From Flectonema sp. DT1601 (taxonomy: Eukaryota), in assembly GCA_964019425.1 (NCBI GenBank), contig OZ025790.1, positions 1,488,001 through 1,525,176 of the forward strand: a stretch of DNA of 37,176 nt, read 5' to 3'. The position numbers and the translations under genes were made by a program. The notes under the pieces are model-generated. The model was not told the origin of the DNA. It made no database searches and saw only the letters and a program-made list of their open reading frames with translations. This document shows positions 31,601-37,176 of the stretch, in pieces (the stretch's first letter is position 1; the number at the start of each line of letters is the position of its first letter).

Positions 31601-34600
31601 CCCGCAAACCCGCAAACCCGCAAACCCGCAAACCCGCAAACCCGCAAACCCGCAAACCCGCAAACCCGCAAACCCGCAAACCCGCAAACCCGCAAACCCG
31701 CAAACCCGCAAACCCGCAAACCCGCAAACCGCCGCAAACCCGCAAACCCGCAAACCCGCAAACCCGCAAACCCGCAAACCCGCAAACCCGCAAACCCGCA
31801 AACCCGCAAACCCGCAAACCCGCAAACCCGCAAACCCGCAAACCCGCAAACCCGCAAACCCGCAAACCCGCAAACCCGCAAACCCGCAAACCCGCAAACC
31901 CGCAAACCCGCAAACCCGCAAACCCGCAAACCCGCAAACCCGCAAACCCGCAAACCCGCAAACCCGCAAACCCGCAAACCCGCAAACCCGCAAACCCGCA
32001 AACCCGCAAACCCGCAAACCCGCAAACCCGCAAACCCGCAAACCCGCAAACCCGCAAACCCGCAAACCCGCAAACCCGCAAACCCGCAAACCCGCAAACC
32101 CGCAAACCCGCAAACCCGCAAACCCGCAAACCCGCAAACCCGCAAACCCGCAAACCCGCAAACCCGCAAACCCGCAAACCCGCAAACCCGCAAACCCGCA
32201 AACCCGCAAACCCGCAAACCCGCAAACCCGCAAACCCGCAAACCCGCAAACCCGCAAACCCGCAAACCCGCAAACCCGCAAACCCGCAAACCCGCAAACC
32301 CGCAAACCCGCAAACCCGCAAACCCGCAAACCCGCAAACCCGCAAACCCGCAAACCCGCAAACCCGCAAACCCGCAAACCCGCAAACCCGCAAACCCGCA
32401 AACCCGCAAACCCGCAAACCCGCAAACCCGCAAACCCGCAAACCCGCAAACCCGCAAACCCGCAAACCCGCAAACCCGCAAACCCGCAAACCCGCAAACC
32501 CGCAAACCCGCAAACCCGCAAACCCGCAAACCCGCAAACCCGCAAACCCGCAAACCCGCAAACCCGCAAACCCGCAAACCCGCAAACCCGCAAACCCGCA
32601 AACCCGCAAACCCGCAAACCCGCAAACCCGCAAACCCGCAAACCCGCAAACCCGCAAACCCGCAAACCCGCAAACCCGCAAACCCGCAAACCCGCAAACC
32701 CGCAAACCCGCAAACCCGCAAACCCGCAAACCCGCAAACCCGCAAACCCGCAAACCCGCAAACCCGCAAACCCGCAAACCCGCAAACCCGCAAACCCGCA
32801 AACCCGCAAACCCGCAAACCCGCAAACCCGCAAACCCGCAAACCCGCAAACCCGCAAACCCGCAAACCCGCAAACCCGCAAACCCGCAAACCCGCAAACC
32901 CGCAAACCCGCAAACCCGCAAACCCGCAAACCCGCAAACCCGCAAACCCGCAAACCCGCAAACCCGCAAACCCGCAAACCCGCAAACCCGCAAACCCGCA
33001 AACCCGCAAACCCGCAAACCCGCAAACCCGCAAACCCGCAAACCCGCAAACCCGCAAACCCGCAAACCCGCAAACCCGCAAACCCGCAAACCCGCAAACC
33101 CGCAAACCCGCAAACCCGCAAACCCGCAAACCCGCAAACCCGCAAACCCGCAAACCCGCAAACCCGCAAACCCGCAAACCCGCAAACCCGCAAACCCGCA
33201 AACCCGCAAACCCGCAAACCCGCAAACCCGCAAACCCGCAAACCCGCAAACCCGCAAACCCGCAAACCCGCAAACCCGCAAACCCGCAAACCCGCAAACC
33301 CGCAAACCCGCAAACCCGCAAACCCGCAAACCCGCAAACCCGCAAACCCGCAAACCCGCAAACCCGCAAACCCGCAAACCCGCAAACCCGCAAACCCGCA
33401 AACCCGCAAACCCGCAAACCCGCAAACCCGCAAACCCGCAAACCCGCAAACCCGCAAACCCGCAAACCCGCAAACCCGCAAACCCGCAAACCCGCAAACC
33501 CGCAAACCCGCAAACCCGCAAACCCGCAAACCCGCAAACCCGCAAACCCGCAAACCCGCAAACCCGCAAACCCGCAAACCCGCAAACCCGCAAACCCGCA
33601 AACCCGCAAACCCGCAAACCCGCAAACCCGCAAACCCGCAAACCCGCAAACCCGCAAACCCGCAAACCCGCAAACCCGCAAACCCGCAAACCCGCAAACC
33701 CGCAAACCCGCAAACCCGCAAACCCGCAAACCCGCAAACCCGCAAACCCGCAAACCCGCAAACCCGCAAACCCGCAAACCCGCAAACCCGCAAACCCGCA
33801 AACCCGCAAACCCGCAAACCCGCAAACCCGCAAACCCGCAAACCCGCAAACCCGCAAACCCGCAAACCCGCAAACCCGCAAACCCGCAAACCCGCAAACC
33901 CGCAAACCCGCAAACCCGCAAACCCGCAAACCCGCAAACCCGCAAACCCGCAAACCCGCAAACCCGCAAACCCGCAAACCCGCAAACCCGCAAACCCGCA
34001 AACCCGCAAACCCGCAAACCCGCAAACCCGCAAACCCGCAAACCCGCAAACCCGCAAACCCGCAAACCCGCAAACCCGCAAACCCGCAAACCCGCAAACC
34101 CGCAAACCCGCAAACCCGCAAACCCGCAAACCCGCAAACCCGCAAACCCGCAAACCCGCAAACCCGCAAACCCGCAAACCCGCAAACCCGCAAACCCGCA
34201 AACCCGCAAACCCGCAAACCCGCAAACCCGCAAACCCGCAAACCCGCAAACCCGCAAACCCGCAAACCCGCAAACCCGCAAACCCGCAAACCCGCAAACC
34301 CGCAAACCCGCAAACCCGCAAACCCGCAAACCCGCAAACCCGCAAACCCGCAAACCCGCAAACCCGCAAACCCGCAAACCCGCAAACCCGCAAACCCGCA
34401 AACCCGCAAACCCGCAAACCCGCAAACCCGCAAACCCGCAAACCCGCAAACCCGCAAACCCGCAAACCCGCAAACCCGCAAACCCGCAAACCCGCAAACC
34501 CGCAAACCCGCAAACCCGCAAACCCGCAAACCCGCAAACCCGCAAACCCGCAAACCCGCAAACCCGCAAACCCGCAAACCCGCAAACCCGCAAACCCGCA

Positions 34601-37176
34601 AACCCGCAAACCCGCAAACCCGCAAACCCGCAAACCCGCAAACCCGCAAACCCGCAAACCCGCAAACCCGCAAACCCGCAAACCCGCAAACCCGCAAACC
34701 CGCAAACCCGCAAACCCGCAAACCCGCAAACCCGCAAACCCGCAAACCCGCAAACCCGCAAACCCGCAAACCCGCAAACCCGCAAACCCGCAAACCCGCA
34801 AACCCGCAAACCCGCAAACCCGCAAACCCGCAAACCCGCAAACCCGCAAACCCGCAAACCCGCAAACCCGCAAACCCGCAAACCCGCAAACCCGCAAACC
34901 CGCAAACCCGCAAACCCGCAAACCCGCAAACCCGCAAACCCGCAAACCCGCAAACCCGCAAACCCGCAAACCCGCAAACCCGCAAACCCGCAAACCCGCA
35001 AACCCGCAAACCCGCAAACCCGCAAACCCGCAAACCCGCAAACCCGCAAACCCGCAAACCCGCAAACCCGCAAACCCGCAAACCCGCAAACCCGCAAACC
35101 CGCAAACCCGCAAACCCGCAAACCCGCAAACCCGCAAACCCGCAAACCCGCAAACCCGCAAACCCGCAAACCCGCAAACCCGCAAACCCGCAAACCCGCA
35201 AACCCGCAAACCCGCAAACCCGCAAACCCGCAAACCCGCAAACCCGCAAACCCGCAAACCCGCAAACCCGCAAACCCGCAAACCCGCAAACCCGCAAACC
35301 CGCAAACCCGCAAACCCGCAAACCCGCAAACCCGCAAACCCGCAAACCCGCAAACCCGCAAACCCGCAAACCCGCAAACCCGCAAACCCGCAAACCCGCA
35401 AACCCGCAAACCCGCAAACCCGCAAACCCGCAAACCCGCAAACCCGCAAACCCGCAAACCCGCAAACCCGCAAACCCGCAAACCCGCAAACCCGCAAACC
35501 CGCAAACCCGCAAACCCGCAAACCCGCAAACCCGCAAACCCGCAAACCCGCAAACCCGCAAACCCGCAAACCCGCAAACCCGCAAACCCGCAAACCCGCA
35601 AACCCGCAAACCCGCAAACCCGCAAACCCGCAAACCCGCAAACCCGCAAACCCGCAAACCCGCAAACCCGCAAACCCGCAAACCCGCAAACCCGCAAACC
35701 CGCAAACCCGCAAACCCGCAAACCCGCAAACCCGCAAACCCGCAAACCCGCAAACCCGCAAACCCGCAAACCCGCAAACCCGCAAACCCGCAAACCCGCA
35801 AACCCGCAAACCCGCAAACCCGCAAACCCGCAAACCCGCAAACCCGCAAACCCGCAAACCCGCAAACCCGCAAACCCGCAAACCCGCAAACCCGCAAACC
35901 CGCAAACCCGCAAACCCGCAAACCCGCAAACCCGCAAACCCGCAAACCCGCAAACCCGCAAACCCGCAAACCCGCAAACCCGCAAACCCGCAAACCCGCA
36001 AACCCGCAAACCCGCAAACCCGCAAACCCGCAAACCCGCAAACCCGCAAACCCGCAAACCCGCAAACCCGCAAACCCGCAAACCCGCAAACCCGCAAACC
36101 CGCAAACCCGCAAACCCGCAAACCCGCAAACCCGCAAACCCGCAAACCCGCAAACCCGCAAACCCGCAAACCCGCAAACCCGCAAACCCGCAAACCCGCA
36201 AACCCGCAAACCCGCAAACCCGCAAACCCGCAAACCCGCAAACCCGCAAACCCGCAAACCCGCAAACCCGCAAACCCGCAAACCCGCAAACCCGCAAACC
36301 CGCAAACCCGCAAACCCGCAAACCCGCAAACCCGCAAACCCGCAAACCCGCAAACCCGCAAACCCGCAAACCCGCAAACCCGCAAACCCGCAAACCCGCA
36401 AACCCGCAAACCCGCAAACCCGCAAACCCGCAAACCCGCAAACCCGCAAACCCGCAAACCCGCAAACCCGCAAACCCGCAAACCCGCAAACCCGCAAACC
36501 CGCAAACCCGCAAACCCGCAAACCCGCAAACCCGCAAACCCGCAAACCCGCAAACCCGCAAACCCGCAAACCCGCAAACCCGCAAACCCGCAAACCCGCA
36601 AACCCGCAAACCCGCAAACCCGCAAACCCGCAAACCCGCAAACCCGCAAACCCGCAAACCCGCAAACCCGCAAACCCGCAAACCCGCAAACCCGCAAACC
36701 CGCAAACCCGCAAACCCGCAAACCCGCAAACCCGCAAACCCGCAAACCCGCAAACCCGCAAACCCGCAAACCCGCAAACCCGCAAACCCGCAAACCCGCA
36801 AACCCGCAAACCCGCAAACCCGCAAACCCGCAAACCCGCAAACCCGCAAACCCGCAAACCCGCAAACCCGCAAACCCGCAAACCCGCAAACCCGCAAACC
36901 CGCAAACCCGCAAACCCGCAAACCCGCAAACCCGCAAACCCGCAAACCCGCAAACCCGCAAACCCGCAAACCCGCAAACCCGCAAACCCGCAAACCCGCA
37001 AACCCGCAAACCCGCAAACCCGCAAACCCGCAAACCCGCAAACCCGCAAACCCGCAAACCCGCAAACCCGCAAACCCGCAAACCCGCAAACCCGCAAACC
37101 CGCAAACCCGCAAACCCGCAAACCCGCAAACCCGCAAACCCGCAAACCCGCAAACCCGCAAACCCGCAAACCCGCA
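28630..37176 (+). repeat. (AAACCCGC)n / (GCGGGTTT)n tandem array, ~8.5 kb, roughly 1,070 units; telomere-like
   Basis: Perfect 8-bp period up to the window end, with one visible variant near 31729-31733. Confidence 0.98.

Noticed and set aside
28587..37169. Three ~2,850-aa minus-strand ORFs (RVCGFAGL repeats)
   Set aside because: Artefact of an 8-bp repeat with no stop codon in any frame; no evidence of coding.

Overview
Eukaryotic repeat region (probably a protist; lineage not determinable from the window) with no ordinary host protein gene. Positions 1-28629 are a nested, almost all same-strand stack of retroelements around one tRNA-Arg(UCU) gene. It holds three families of non-LTR retrotransposons (A: near full length, ORF1 + APE-RT-RNaseH-zinc-knuckle ORF2; B: 5'-truncated relatives; C: a minus-strand RT fragment). 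It also holds two near-identical tyrosine-recombinase (YR) retrotransposons with VIPER/TATE-like gene order (gag, YR, RT-RNaseH) and split direct repeats (A1-ORFs-B1-A2-B2), a 0.4-kb non-coding A-B derivative, and a fragment of a second, divergent YR family. Positions 28630-37176 are an almost perfect (AAACCCGC)n array. Main observations: (1) the YR elements sit at the same CTGT site 22 bp upstream of the LINE ORF1 ATG in two diverged LINE copies, suggesting a LINE-targeting hyperparasite; (2) a G GGA AAU slippery site plus H-type pseudoknot predicts a -1 Gag-Pol frameshift into a frame that overlaps the whole YR gene and is open in both YR families; (3) the telomere-like octamer array has its C-rich strand pointing toward the window end, and the same motif marks element breakpoints; (4) the insertions reconstruct to a ~35-bp hotspot about 100-130 bp upstream of the tRNA. 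All of this comes from reading the sequence by eye; no database searches were run.
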